From contig JAUIIV010000004.1 of the NCBI GenBank assembly GCA_030431675.1, forward strand, positions 31,409 through 95,408: a DNA stretch of 64,000 bases, given 5' to 3'. Each line of letters begins with the position of its first letter. The stretch's first letter is position 1. Positions 32,515 through 42,676 of this stretch are shown in pieces. The DNA is from Gammaproteobacteria bacterium (lineage in GTDB: Bacteria; Pseudomonadota; Gammaproteobacteria; UBA6186; Azoamicaceae). The translations under genes were made by a program, and so were the position numbers. The notes below the pieces were generated by a model. That model made no database searches, was not told where the DNA came from, and saw nothing but the letters and a program-made list of their open reading frames with translations.

Positions 32515-32530
32515 TTGTAAAAATAGCATG
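32499..32530. repeat. Perfect 12-bp inverted repeat (hairpin or palindromic operator) 19 nt upstream of the ATPase start
   Basis: CATGCTATTTTT (32499-32510), loop AACCTTGT, AAAAATAGCATG (32519-32530). Confidence 0.85.
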
Positions 32531-32548
32531 TTATAGTATAATTATAGT

Positions 32549-33901
32549 ATGGCTATAAATATACACCGACATTTAGAGGCTGAGCTACTCGAGTGGAAGA
32601 ACTTAGCTGTGCGCCAACCAATCATCCTACGTGGAGCCAGGCAGGTTGGCAAAACCTTTTTAGTAAAAGATTTTGCGAATAAGCACTTTAAAAACATTGC
32701 CTATGCTAATTTTGAGTTACAGCCCCAATTATCAGACTGCTTTAAAAATCTTGATCCAAAGCGGATAACACGCGCATTGCAATTAGAACTAGATGTTGAC
32801 ATTACTCCAGGAAAGACTCTACTTTTTTTAGATGAAGTACAAGAATGTCCCGCAGCTATAACTGCACTACGCTATTTTAAAGAGCAGATGCAAGATTTAC
32901 ATGTCATATCTGCAGGTTCTTTATTAGAATTTGTACTAAATGATAAAAACTTTAGTATGCCAGTTGGTAGAGTACAATACATGTACATTAGACCATTGAG
33001 TTTTCTAGAATTCTTAGATGCAATTGGTAAAAGTAGACTTATAGAGCATCTGCGAAACGCTAGTCTAGATGGTCAAGATGACACTAACGTACATACAAAT
33101 ATTCTTGAACATTTTCAAGAATATATGGGATTAGGTGGAATGCCTGCAGTTATTGCTGAATACGTAGCGAATAATAAACTAAATCGCTGTGATAATATGC
33201 TAAGCGACCTATTAATTTCATATAGAGATGACTTTAGCAAGTACGCAAAACACACAGATCATAAATATTTATATAAACTATATGATAAGGCGCCTTCTCT
33301 AGTAAGCCAATGGTTTAAGTATGTTAAAGTCGACCCAGATATAGATGCCCGCGGTATAAAACGAGCATTAGAACTACTAGATAATTCTGGTGTGATTTCA
33401 AGAATAATAGCTAGTACTGCTTCTGGATTACCTTTATCTAGCACACAACTAGAAAAGAAATTTAAACTATTATTTTTAGATATTGGTTTACTTAGAGCTG
33501 CACAACAAATTGACTTAAGCTTAATCTACCAGGACAATCAACAGCTTTTGACGAAAGGACAGTTAGCTGAGCAGGTAGTTGGACAAGAGTTATTAGCATA
33601 TGCTCCAAAAATACAACGTAATAGACTATTCTTCTGGCAGCGAGAAGAAAAAAATTCTCAAGCAGAAATAGATTATCTATATGTGCATAATGGACAGATA
33701 ATCCCTATAGAAGTGAAAGCAGGTAAAATAGGAAGACTAAAGTCCTTAAAGATTTTTATGCAGGAGAAGAGGTCAAAAATAGGGATCAGAATATCTGCAT
33801 TACCCTTGAGCTATGAGAGTAATATTTTGTCTATCCCCTTTTACATGATCTCCGAACTACCACGCCTAATTGAGCAGTCCTTTAAAAAAACTTCTAGCTA
33901 A
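32549..33901 (+). CDS. AAA+ ATPase with a C-terminal DUF4143 / PD-(D/E)xK-like domain (COG1373-type), copy 1
   Basis: 450 aa with Walker A GARQVGKT, Walker B LLFLDEVQ and C-terminal AEIDYLYV...IIPIEVKAGK. Inserted between lpxH and the fad operon; its 3' end overlaps the fadB-like stop by 4 nt (convergent). Confidence 0.85.
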   Translation: MAINIHRHLEAELLEWKNLAVRQPIILRGARQVGKTFLVKDFANKHFKNIAYANFELQPQLSDCFKNLDPKRITRALQLELDVDITPGKTLLFLDEVQECPAAITALRYFKEQMQDLHVISAGSLLEFVLNDKNFSMPVGRVQYMYIRPLSFLEFLDAIGKSRLIEHLRNASLDGQDDTNVHTNILEHFQEYMGLGGMPAVIAEYVANNKLNRCDNMLSDLLISYRDDFSKYAKHTDHKYLYKLYDKAPSLVSQWFKYVKVDPDIDARGIKRALELLDNSGVISRIIASTASGLPLSSTQLEKKFKLLFLDIGLLRAAQQIDLSLIYQDNQQLLTKGQLAEQVVGQELLAYAPKIQRNRLFFWQREEKNSQAEIDYLYVHNGQIIPIEVKAGKIGRLKSLKIFMQEKRSKIGIRISALPLSYESNILSIPFYMISELPRLIEQSFKKTSS

Positions 33902-35904
33902 CCCCCATCCCACACAGGATCGGCATTAAAACGCTCACCATATTTTTTACTCAAGGTAGCAAAATTTTCTTTAATCTGTTTTTTTTCTAGTGAGGCAATG
34001 AAAGTCATTGGTCCTCCTCTAAAAGGTGCAAACCCAGCACCAAAGACTAATCCTGCATCGATTAAATCGGCATCGGCTACTACGCCCTCACGCAGGCAGG
34101 CAGCAGCCTCATTAACTAAGCGCATAATTAATCTATCAGTAATATCAGCAGGTACTGGCTTATCGTTATCTACAGATACCTTAAGACGCTTACCACGACT
34201 ATCGTAATTATAAAAACCTTTACCAGATTTTTTGCCTAGTTTGCCTTCCTCAACCCAACTCTTAAAGAACTCTGGCACAGTCGCACCCACACCTTCTGCA
34301 GCATGCATACAAATATCAATCCCCACTACATCCATGAGTTCTATTGGCCCCATCAGCATACCAAAATCAGTTGCAGCCTTGTCTATCTTAATACCTGGCA
34401 CACCTTCGGCATACATTTGTGCAGCTTCTAGCATGTATGGTACTAATACCCTATTTACAAGAAAACCTGGACAACTTTGCACTGGCAACGGTAGTTTATC
34501 TATTTTGCCGACAAATGCCAGGGCATTATTTAACACCATCTGATCGGTATTTGGCGAAGACACTACTTCTACTAATTGCATTAAAGGTACAGGATTAAAA
34601 AAGTGGATCCCAACTATACGCTCCGGACGTTGCAAACCTTGTCCTATAACATCTAAAGGTATAGTAGAGGTATTAGTAGCTAAAATGGCTTCTGGTTTTG
34701 CTTGCTGCTCTAATGAAGCAAATAACTGCTGTTTGGCTACTGGGTCTTCAATAATTGCCTCAATAATTACGTCAGCTTGCCTAACACCAATCCCAGTAGG
34801 ATCTGGCACTAAGCGATCTTTAGCCGCATTTATTAAGTAGGGTACCTTTAGTTTTTTAGTAAATAATTTTAGTGTACGTGTGAAGGTAGCAGATATTGCC
34901 TCAATATTCTGATCTTGCAGGGTCACTTTAAAACCACGCAAAGCACACCAAGCAGCTATATCGCCGCCCATTACACCTGCACCAATTACATGCACATGAC
35001 GAGGTGCAAAATCATGCCCTTTAGAAAATCCCTTTAGCCGGTCACGCAGGAAAAACAAACGCACTAAATTGCGTGCTGTAGGCGTAACCATTAACTTTGC
35101 AATTGATTTTGCCTCTGCTTTATAAGCATCTTTACTCCATGCAGAATTTTTGATCCAAGTATCCAATACTGCATATGGTGCAGGATAATGCCAAGGATTT
35201 ACTTTTTTACGTAACTGCTTACGCATATAATATGCAAGAATTGCGCGCATCGGTGCTAATTGTACAAAACGTTCCCAGATACCACAATCACGTGTCGTAG
35301 GCTCCTGCTGCAAATAATGCTCTACTGCATGCTGAAAATGTCGTAGTGGTACCGCAGCATCTACAATACCGATTTTAGCAGCTTTACGTGCATCGAGTAC
35401 TTTACCTGGTAAAATCAAACTCAAGGCTTTCATAGAGCCTATTACGTGTGGCAAACGCACACTACCGCCCCACCCTGGTTGTACGCCGAGCATAACCTCT
35501 GGTAAGCCGATTTTAGTTTTTGGGTCATCCAATGCAACTCGGTACTTACAAGCTAAAGATAACTCTAAGCCACCACCAAGACAGAAACCATTAATCATAG
35601 CTACAGTAGGAATTGGCAAGGCTGCAAGCTTATCAAATATTTTTTGTACTTTACGAATTTCTTGGTATGCCTCTTCTTCTGTACTAAGCTCCAAAAACTC
35701 ACTAATATCAGCACCAGCAATAAAACCATTCTTTTTACCAGACTTAATTACTAGTCCCTTGGGAAGCTCTTTGCTAAAATTGGTCAAACAGCTATCAAAT
35801 TCTTCCAGTACTTCTGCCCCTAGGGTATTAGTACTACTATCTGCTCTGTTAAGAGTTAACCAACAATAACCATGCGCGTCATTTTCTATCTGCCAATGTT
35901 TCAT
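33898..35904 (-). CDS. fadB: Fatty-acid oxidation multifunctional protein (enoyl-CoA hydratase / 3-hydroxyacyl-CoA dehydrogenase, FadB/FadJ-like)
   Basis: 668 aa with an N-terminal crotonase fold (GFCLGGGLELSLAC) and a central NAD-binding motif VIGAGVMGGDIA. Last gene of the fadE-fadA-fadB string. Confidence 0.88.
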   Translation of the reverse strand: MKHWQIENDAHGYCWLTLNRADSSTNTLGAEVLEEFDSCLTNFSKELPKGLVIKSGKKNGFIAGADISEFLELSTEEEAYQEIRKVQKIFDKLAALPIPTVAMINGFCLGGGLELSLACKYRVALDDPKTKIGLPEVMLGVQPGWGGSVRLPHVIGSMKALSLILPGKVLDARKAAKIGIVDAAVPLRHFQHAVEHYLQQEPTTRDCGIWERFVQLAPMRAILAYYMRKQLRKKVNPWHYPAPYAVLDTWIKNSAWSKDAYKAEAKSIAKLMVTPTARNLVRLFFLRDRLKGFSKGHDFAPRHVHVIGAGVMGGDIAAWCALRGFKVTLQDQNIEAISATFTRTLKLFTKKLKVPYLINAAKDRLVPDPTGIGVRQADVIIEAIIEDPVAKQQLFASLEQQAKPEAILATNTSTIPLDVIGQGLQRPERIVGIHFFNPVPLMQLVEVVSSPNTDQMVLNNALAFVGKIDKLPLPVQSCPGFLVNRVLVPYMLEAAQMYAEGVPGIKIDKAATDFGMLMGPIELMDVVGIDICMHAAEGVGATVPEFFKSWVEEGKLGKKSGKGFYNYDSRGKRLKVSVDNDKPVPADITDRLIMRLVNEAAACLREGVVADADLIDAGLVFGAGFAPFRGGPMTFIASLEKKQIKENFATLSKKYGERFNADPVWDGG

Positions 35905-37199
35905 TAATTAACTCCCGCTACGTTTTCTAGAAGAATACCACCACCCTGGCCACCACCTATGCACATGCTAGCAATCCCAAACTTAGCATTTTGGCGTCGT
36001 AAAGTATGCGCCATATGTAATGACAAGCGTGCACCTGTTGCACCTACTGGATGACCAAGAGCTATGGCACCGCCATCTATATTTAATTTTGCATAATCGA
36101 TATTTCCAATTGCCCCACTACTATTTAAATACTCTTTACAGTAATCTGCATCGGCTAAAGCTTGTACACAAGCCATGACCTGACAAGCAAAAGCTTCGTT
36201 AATTTCCCAAAAATCTATTTGTGACATTTGTAGCTGATTACGTTGAAGTAAGTCAGCGATACTATGTGCAGGACCTAACCCCATAATTGCTGGGTCAAGC
36301 GCTGTCCAGGAAATATCGCGTATTTTTGCCAACGGTTGTAAGTTATATTTTTCCACAGCATCTTTAGATGCCAAAATCACCAACGCCGCACCATCTGTTA
36401 TTTGTGAGCTATTACCAGCTGTTACCAAACCAAACTTTTTATCAAAAACTGCTCTTAGCGTACTCAATTTCGCTACATTAGAATCTTCCCGCACGCCATT
36501 ATCGTTCTTATAGCAATGACCGCGCCAATCAAATAGAGGTACAATTTCATCAGCATAATTTTGCTCTTTTATGCCATGCATAACTCGTTGATGGCTTTGT
36601 ACAGCAAACTCATCCATTTCCTTACGTGAAATCTTAAACATATATGCAAGTTTCTCAGCAGTTTGGCCCATAGACAAATTAACTACTGGATCAGTAAGAG
36701 CTTTTAGCAAAGAAATAACTGGACTTAAAAACTTTGGTCTAAATTGGGCAAAAGCATAAATTTTTTCTTGCAAAGTCTTCGCTGCATTAAGAGTAGACAA
36801 CCAAGTTACCATATCTTCATTCCACAGCACAGCAGACCTACTCATAGCCTCGGTGCCACCAGCTAATATTAAATCATGCTTACCACTAGCAATATCTTTA
36901 GCTGCACTGTCTATAGCTTGTAAACCAGAAGCGCAATTACGCTGTACTGTCCAGGCCGGCACATTGTCACCACAACCAAGACGCAAAGCAATAATACGGC
37001 CGATATTCGCTTCCTCTGGGCTTGGTCCAACACAACCTATAACTACTTCACCTAAGTCACTAGCAGCAAACGGTTGGCGCATTAATAATTGTTTACCAGC
37101 AGCTACAGCTAAATCAGCTGCAGGCAAAGGATTGGGCTTATGCCCAGCACGTATAAAAGGCGTCCTGCCACCATCAACAATGTAAACCTCTCTGCTCAT
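35904..37199 (-). CDS. fadA: Acetyl-CoA C-acyltransferase (3-ketoacyl-CoA thiolase)
   Basis: 431 aa with active-site Cys context QRNCASGLQAI and C-terminal NIDGGAIALGHPVGATG and CIGGGQG. Confidence 0.92.
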   Translation of the reverse strand: MSREVYIVDGGRTPFIRAGHKPNPLPAADLAVAAGKQLLMRQPFAASDLGEVVIGCVGPSPEEANIGRIIALRLGCGDNVPAWTVQRNCASGLQAIDSAAKDIASGKHDLILAGGTEAMSRSAVLWNEDMVTWLSTLNAAKTLQEKIYAFAQFRPKFLSPVISLLKALTDPVVNLSMGQTAEKLAYMFKISRKEMDEFAVQSHQRVMHGIKEQNYADEIVPLFDWRGHCYKNDNGVREDSNVAKLSTLRAVFDKKFGLVTAGNSSQITDGAALVILASKDAVEKYNLQPLAKIRDISWTALDPAIMGLGPAHSIADLLQRNQLQMSQIDFWEINEAFACQVMACVQALADADYCKEYLNSSGAIGNIDYAKLNIDGGAIALGHPVGATGARLSLHMAHTLRRQNAKFGIASMCIGGGQGGGILLENVAGVN

Positions 37200-39472
37200 G
37201 TCTTCTTTCCTGTTAACTCTGCATTGGTAAATTCATCTACACGCATAGCGTCCACGCGCATTTCTTCGAACTCTTGTAACTGCTGGGCTTCTGTTGTTGT
37301 AATCAAGTTATGCTGTACCGCGACTGCAATTTTGTTGGCAAACAAATCATGTTTCTTAATTAGATTATCTTTGATTGCTTTATCTATTTTCTTCAATAAT
37401 GGCTCGACTTCAAGCATTTTGCGCCACGCTAATTCAATGCCATTATCTATACAATCACTGGTCAAACGCTCTCTAAATTCGGATGGCTGCATCATGTGCT
37501 CAGCTATTTTTAACCCATCACTGTCTTTAGGTAATTTATAATTACGCCAACTTGGAATAATTACCCAACGCAAGTAGGTACCAATAAATTTATTTGGGAA
37601 ATTAAGAGTAAAATACAAGAAAGCCTGATGGATCTGTTGCAAACAATAATCTAGAGACCACTTAACATATTTTGCATCTTCATCTGAATCATGATGATCA
37701 TGACTGTACTTCAAAATTGCAGATGCAAGATATAAATAACTCAATATGTCGCCAAGACGGGCTGATAAGTTTTCTTTTCTCTTTAGGCTACCACCCAAGA
37801 TTAGCATTGATAAATCAGATGTTACCGCTAAGCCTACACTCATAAAACTTAATTGACGGTAATAGTAACTCCACCGCGTTTTTGCTGGCTTGCTACATAG
37901 TAAGGTCCCAGTAATTGCATGTCCTTCCAAACGTAGAAAGTTCTTTATCACATAACCAATATGTTTTGCCATAGCTTTATCAAATGCGTATACATCATCA
38001 CTTGCTACCGCTTCCATCTCTTGTAATACATATGGATGACAGCGTATCGCTCCCTGCCCAAAAATCATCAGACATCTAGTTAATATATTTGCACCTTCCA
38101 CAGTTATGCATACCGGCACACCTTCATAATATCTACCTAAATAATTATGTGGGCCCAACTGTATGCCACGTCCTGCATGAACGTCCATGGAGTCGTTGAT
38201 AATCTTACGCCCTATTTCAGTCATATGATATTTGCATATTGCAGTAATAACTGATGGCTTATGCTTCTGGTCAATGGCACCGCAGGTTAATCTGCGCGTT
38301 GCTTCTAGCAAATACGTATAACCACCAATATTTGCTAACACATCGGCAACACCTTCAAATTTACCAATCGATAAATTAAATTGCCTCCGTAGTTTTGCAT
38401 ATGCGCCTGTAGTTCTATAGCAATGCTTGGCAACTGCAGCGCCAATCGCTGGTAATGATACCCCTCTACCAGCAGCTAAGCACTCAACCAGCATTTGCCA
38501 GCCACGCCCAATACGCTCCGGTCCGCCAATAATTGCGTCCAGTGGCACAAATATTCCATCTCCGCGAATAGGTCCATTCATAAAACCTTGATTGAGGGGA
38601 AAATGCCGTTTACCAATGTCTATGCCGGGGACATCACGTGGAAGTAAAACAACTGTGATCCCTAAATCTTGTTTATCACCTAATAATTTTTCTGGATCAT
38701 ATAATTTAACTGCTAAGCCAATTAATGTGGCAATAGGCGCCAAAGTTATGTAGCGCTTATGAAAATTTAATTTTATCCCTAAAATATTTTTTTCTTTACC
38801 ATAGTCGCCGCGAGCTATAATGCCAGAATCGATAATTGAGCTAGCATCACTACCTGCATCAGGTGCTGTTAGTCCAAAACACGGTATTTCTGCACCAGTT
38901 GCTAAACGGCGCAGATACTTTTCACGCTGCGTGTCTGTGCCATATTCTAGGAGTAGCTCGGCGGGACCTAGTGAATTTGGCACCATTACTGTAACCGATG
39001 CACTTAAACTCTTAGTCGCAATTTTTTGCACGATAGTAGAACTAGCTAATGCAGAAAACTCCATACCGCCGTAAGCTTTAGGTATATGTAATCCAAAAAA
39101 ACCTTTATCTTTAATAAATTGCCAAACATTCTTTGGCAAATCTAGGTCATGATGAGTGACTTGCCACTCATCTAAAAGATTACACAGCTCCACTACTTCT
39201 GTATCAATAAACTTTTGTTCTGCTGCAGTCAAAGTAGGTTTAGGGTTTGCTAATAAACTATCCCAGTTAGGTCTACCTTGAAATAAGTCTGCTTCATGCC
39301 AAGTATCACCGGCATAAATCGCCTCACGCTCAGTAGAGCTCATTGGTGGCAAAACTTTCTTATACCAAGCAAACAAACCACGTGTCACTACTGCACGCCT
39401 AATCGGCGGCACGTAGCCAACTAATATTACTGCCGCTGCCAGCAGGGCCAGAATGGCTAAAAAAGTGTACAT
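37196..39472 (-). CDS. fadE: Acyl-CoA dehydrogenase, FadE type (membrane-anchored long form)
   Basis: 758 aa with an N-terminal hydrophobic anchor and ACAD middle/C-terminal domains (GLTAPDAGSD, EGANIL). Overlaps the fadA start by 4 nt. Confidence 0.88.
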   Translation of the reverse strand: MYTFLAILALLAAAVILVGYVPPIRRAVVTRGLFAWYKKVLPPMSSTEREAIYAGDTWHEADLFQGRPNWDSLLANPKPTLTAAEQKFIDTEVVELCNLLDEWQVTHHDLDLPKNVWQFIKDKGFFGLHIPKAYGGMEFSALASSTIVQKIATKSLSASVTVMVPNSLGPAELLLEYGTDTQREKYLRRLATGAEIPCFGLTAPDAGSDASSIIDSGIIARGDYGKEKNILGIKLNFHKRYITLAPIATLIGLAVKLYDPEKLLGDKQDLGITVVLLPRDVPGIDIGKRHFPLNQGFMNGPIRGDGIFVPLDAIIGGPERIGRGWQMLVECLAAGRGVSLPAIGAAVAKHCYRTTGAYAKLRRQFNLSIGKFEGVADVLANIGGYTYLLEATRRLTCGAIDQKHKPSVITAICKYHMTEIGRKIINDSMDVHAGRGIQLGPHNYLGRYYEGVPVCITVEGANILTRCLMIFGQGAIRCHPYVLQEMEAVASDDVYAFDKAMAKHIGYVIKNFLRLEGHAITGTLLCSKPAKTRWSYYYRQLSFMSVGLAVTSDLSMLILGGSLKRKENLSARLGDILSYLYLASAILKYSHDHHDSDEDAKYVKWSLDYCLQQIHQAFLYFTLNFPNKFIGTYLRWVIIPSWRNYKLPKDSDGLKIAEHMMQPSEFRERLTSDCIDNGIELAWRKMLEVEPLLKKIDKAIKDNLIKKHDLFANKIAVAVQHNLITTTEAQQLQEFEEMRVDAMRVDEFTNAELTGKKT

Positions 39473-39587
39473 GTGTTCTTCCTTGCGGGGGTACCATTTA
39501 TAAGGATACTACACATAAATAATTTTATAAAAAAAACCAGCAATATTTGGTTATATGTCTTATATTTGAATCGAAGGAGGTCTTATT

Positions 39588-39911
39588 ATGGGCAATTTGC
39601 ATAAGATAGAACCTGAAATCGGTCACTGGTATGATTCTAAAGACGCTCCAGAGGCTTTTATAGTCATCGATACCGAAACCAACGAGCTTATTCAAATTCA
39701 GTACCAGGACGGAGAGCTAGATAAAATAGACTATGAAACCTGGGCTACCCTGCGCCCAGAAGAAATTGCTGAGCCTGATAACGCAGCTGCTGCCTTTGAG
39801 CTCGATAAAGAAGACTTGCTTAACCTTATGAATGATATGGACAATGAAGCTGATTTTGATGGCCTAGAATCACATTTGCGCAACTTGGATGATATAGACG
39901 ATTGGCGCTAA
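39588..39911 (+). CDS. Small, very acidic hypothetical protein ending in DDIDDWR
   Basis: 107-codon ORF with a strong SD (GAAGGAGG 7 nt upstream). No motif recognised. Confidence 0.75.
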   Translation: MGNLHKIEPEIGHWYDSKDAPEAFIVIDTETNELIQIQYQDGELDKIDYETWATLRPEEIAEPDNAAAAFELDKEDLLNLMNDMDNEADFDGLESHLRNLDDIDDWR

Positions 39912-40063
39912 TCCTGTACCTTTTGAACTGCAGGTATATATACACCTAAAAAAAATTCCCCACTTTTCACACATCTGTCATTTAATTGACTACATTAATA
40001 TGAAGCTGTTGAGGTACTGTTTTGATTGTCGATTTACGTAGCACCATAATGTAGGTCGACATA

Positions 40064-40097
40064 CTGGACGGTTAGACAGCACTGTGTTTAAATATAA
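40064..40097 (+). promoter_or_regulatory. Two candidate LexA (SOS) boxes upstream of lexA
   Basis: CTGGACGGTTAGACAG (40064-40079) has one mismatch to gammaproteobacterial CTGT-N8-ACAG. CTGTGTTTAAATATAA (40082-40097) matches the left half only. They lie 24-57 nt upstream of the lexA ATG, an arrangement reminiscent of the autoregulated E. coli lexA. Confidence 0.35.
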
Positions 40098-40120
40098 TAA
40101 CAATTGAGGAAGGGAATAAC

Positions 40121-40741
40121 ATGACTAAGCTCACAAAACGACAAACTGAAGTTCTACAATTGATACAAGATCAAATGAGTTCTACTGGTGCGCCACCAAC
40201 ACGTGCAGAAATTGCTAATAGCATGGGTTTTAAATCTGCCAATGCTGCAGAAGATCATTTACGTGCTTTAGACCGTAAAGGTTATATTCAATTAGTTCCT
40301 GGTACTTCACGTGGTATTCGTTTATTGATTGATAATTCAGGCGTACCTATTGTCGGTGCAGTAGCTGCTGGCCAACCAATACTTGCTACTGAGCATGTAC
40401 AAGACTCGTGTAAAATTGACAAAAATATTTTCCAACCATGTGCTGACTATCTACTACGCGTTAAAGGCGATAGCATGAAAAATATTGGTATTATGAATGG
40501 CGATTTATTAGCTGTACATAGTACTAGTGATGTTCATTCTGGCCAGGTAGTAGTAGCTAGAATTGATGATGAAGTAACTGTGAAGCGTTTCTATCGTGAA
40601 GGAAGTTTAGTTAAGCTAGTTGCAGAAAATGAGCATTATCAGCCAATTATGGTTGACCCAAGTAAACAATCGTTTGTAATCGAAGGTATAGGAGTTGGGG
40701 TGATTCGCAATATGGCCGCAAACCCAAGTAGCCCTTGTTAG
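40121..40741 (+). CDS. lexA: LexA repressor
   Basis: 206 aa with an N-terminal winged helix ([12 protein letters not shown]), cleavage site VAAG-QP, catalytic Ser (GDSM) and Lys (VKRF). Confidence 0.95.
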   Translation: MTKLTKRQTEVLQLIQDQMSSTGAPPTRAEIANSMGFKSANAAEDHLRALDRKGYIQLVPGTSRGIRLLIDNSGVPIVGAVAAGQPILATEHVQDSCKIDKNIFQPCADYLLRVKGDSMKNIGIMNGDLLAVHSTSDVHSGQVVVARIDDEVTVKRFYREGSLVKLVAENEHYQPIMVDPSKQSFVIEGIGVGVIRNMAANPSSPC

Positions 40742-40776
40742 TATTACCTTTTTAGTAGTATCAGACCTTCCCAAGC

Positions 40777-40820
40777 ACCTTCCCAGATCTATATGTAGCA
40801 AGATTTGGGAAGGTATTTTT
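40777..40820 (+). terminator. Rho-independent terminator of lexA
   Basis: Stem ACCTTCCCAGATC (40777-40789) / GATTTGGGAAGGT (40802-40814), 12 of 13 positions paired, with a 12-nt loop, followed by ATTTTT. Confidence 0.65.
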
Positions 40821-40894
40821 AGCCTACAAATCCTACCAATATCATGTTAAAATGCTGCATATTTGCTAAACAATGATATACACTTTTCAGCATT

Positions 40895-41986
40895 ATGACA
40901 CATTCAACTAAAGCTAATTCCAGTACCAAAGTCATAGTCGGCATGTCTGGTGGGGTAGACTCCTCGGTTGCTGCCAAGCTATTACTATCGCAAGGCTACC
41001 AAGTCGAAGGCTTGTTTATGAAAAACTGGGAAGAGGATGATACCGATGAGTATTGCAGTGCACGTCAAGATGTACAAGATGCACAACAGGTCTGTGATAC
41101 TTTAGGCATTAAGTTACATACCGTTAATTTTGCAGCAGAGTATTGGGATAATGTTTTTACCCATTTTTTAGCAGAGTACAAAGCTGGGCGCACACCCAAC
41201 CCAGATATTCTATGCAATCGTGAAATTAAATTTAAAGTTTTTTTGCAATATGCAGAGCACTTAGGGGCTGACTACATAGCTACTGGTCATTATGCAGCAA
41301 AAACTCTGGATAATGGTTTAGCTAAGGCTAAAGATCTAAATAAAGATCAAAGTTACTTTCTGTATGCAATCACTCAGAAGCAGCTACAGAAGGTATTATT
41401 TCCTCTAGCCTGCTTATCTAAACCAGAGGTGCGTGAACTTGCAGCTCAAGCAGGGTTTGCAAATCAAGGTAAAAAAGATAGTACTGGAATATGTTTTATC
41501 GGTGAGCGCAAGTTTAAAGATTTCTTACAAACTTACTTACCAGCAACTCCAGGTAATATTGTGAGCGAGACCGGCAAGATTGTTGGCAAGCATGATGGTT
41601 TAATGTACTACACAATTGGTCAGCGCCAGGGTCTAAAAATTGGTGGCATGGCAGATGCAGCGAATGAGCCGTGGTTTGTAATAGCTAAAGACTTACCAAA
41701 TAATCAATTAGTTGTGGCACAAGGACAAAATCACTCTGCATTATATAGAGATAGTTTAACTGCAGCGCAGTTAACCTGGGTTACCAAGAAGCCAGAGGCC
41801 AACATATTTAGTTGCAAAGCTAAAATTCGTTACCGTCAGCATGACCAGGCTTGCAAAGTTAGTATAAATCCTGATAATGACTTGTGTACGGTTGAGTTTG
41901 AACAGCCACAACGCGCGGTCAGCCCAGGTCAATCGGTGGTGTTTTATCAAGATGACCGTTGCCTAGGCGGCGGTATAATTCTCTAG
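40895..41986 (+). CDS. mnmA: tRNA-specific 2-thiouridylase
   Basis: 363 aa with PP-loop [11 protein letters not shown] and conserved NPDILCN and catalytic Cys contexts. Confidence 0.95.
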   Translation: MTHSTKANSSTKVIVGMSGGVDSSVAAKLLLSQGYQVEGLFMKNWEEDDTDEYCSARQDVQDAQQVCDTLGIKLHTVNFAAEYWDNVFTHFLAEYKAGRTPNPDILCNREIKFKVFLQYAEHLGADYIATGHYAAKTLDNGLAKAKDLNKDQSYFLYAITQKQLQKVLFPLACLSKPEVRELAAQAGFANQGKKDSTGICFIGERKFKDFLQTYLPATPGNIVSETGKIVGKHDGLMYYTIGQRQGLKIGGMADAANEPWFVIAKDLPNNQLVVAQGQNHSALYRDSLTAAQLTWVTKKPEANIFSCKAKIRYRQHDQACKVSINPDNDLCTVEFEQPQRAVSPGQSVVFYQDDRCLGGGIIL

Positions 41987-42003
41987 TTTTCTGGCGATAT
42001 AAG

Positions 42004-42660
42004 ATGATGGATGATATAGCAAAACAACGTAATCGTGCCCTCGCTCTAGCTGGGGTATTGCAGGCTGCACATTTAGTAAAGAAATTAGCTTGGCATGGTT
42101 CAGTTGATCAACAAGATCTAGAAACATGTATATATAGTTTGTTTCAAATTGATGCTAATAGCGTTTCTGCTGTTTATGATGGTGATTATAAACTTAAAAC
42201 TGGACTACAAGCACTAGAATTATTGATGCAAGATAACAAGTCTAGCAAAGATCCAGAAATCGCTAGATATACTATTTCTTTGTTGCATTTAGAGCGTTTG
42301 TTGATTAAGCGTGGCGATTTGTTGAAGAAAATTCAGCTTGGGATGCAACGTGCTAAAGGTCAGGCAGAACATTTTACTACCACTCATGATAATGTCATCG
42401 CCAATATTGCTAGTGTTTATACTGATACATTAAGCACCTTTAAATTTAGGATCCATGTATCTGGTGAAACTAACTGTTTATCTAATAGCAATATAGTTAA
42501 TAAAATTCGTGCAGTACTGTTAGCTGGGATTAGATCAGCAGTCTTATGGCGCCAATTAGGTGGTAATCGTTGGCAGTTGGTATTTGGTAAAAAAACCTTA
42601 TTATCTGATACCCGCGAATTGTTAAAAGAAGCCGCCGCAGTAGAGCAGGCTACAGCATAG
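42004..42660 (+). CDS. hflD: High-frequency-of-lysogenization protein HflD homologue
   Basis: Follows mnmA as in E. coli (mnmA-hflD). RALALAGVLQAAHLV near the N-terminus is typical of the family. The start is placed at ATG 42004 instead of the track start 41959, which overlaps mnmA. Confidence 0.8.
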   Translation: MMDDIAKQRNRALALAGVLQAAHLVKKLAWHGSVDQQDLETCIYSLFQIDANSVSAVYDGDYKLKTGLQALELLMQDNKSSKDPEIARYTISLLHLERLLIKRGDLLKKIQLGMQRAKGQAEHFTTTHDNVIANIASVYTDTLSTFKFRIHVSGETNCLSNSNIVNKIRAVLLAGIRSAVLWRQLGGNRWQLVFGKKTLLSDTRELLKEAAAVEQATA

Positions 42661-42676
42661 CGGCGCCCAAGTATTG

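Noticed and set aside
39932-39947. Near-palindrome AGGTATATATACACCT downstream of the acidic ORF, considered as an SOS box or terminator
   Set aside because: It does not fit CTGT-N8-ACAG. It is followed by an A-run rather than a T-run on the plus strand, and on the minus strand the T-run precedes the stem.
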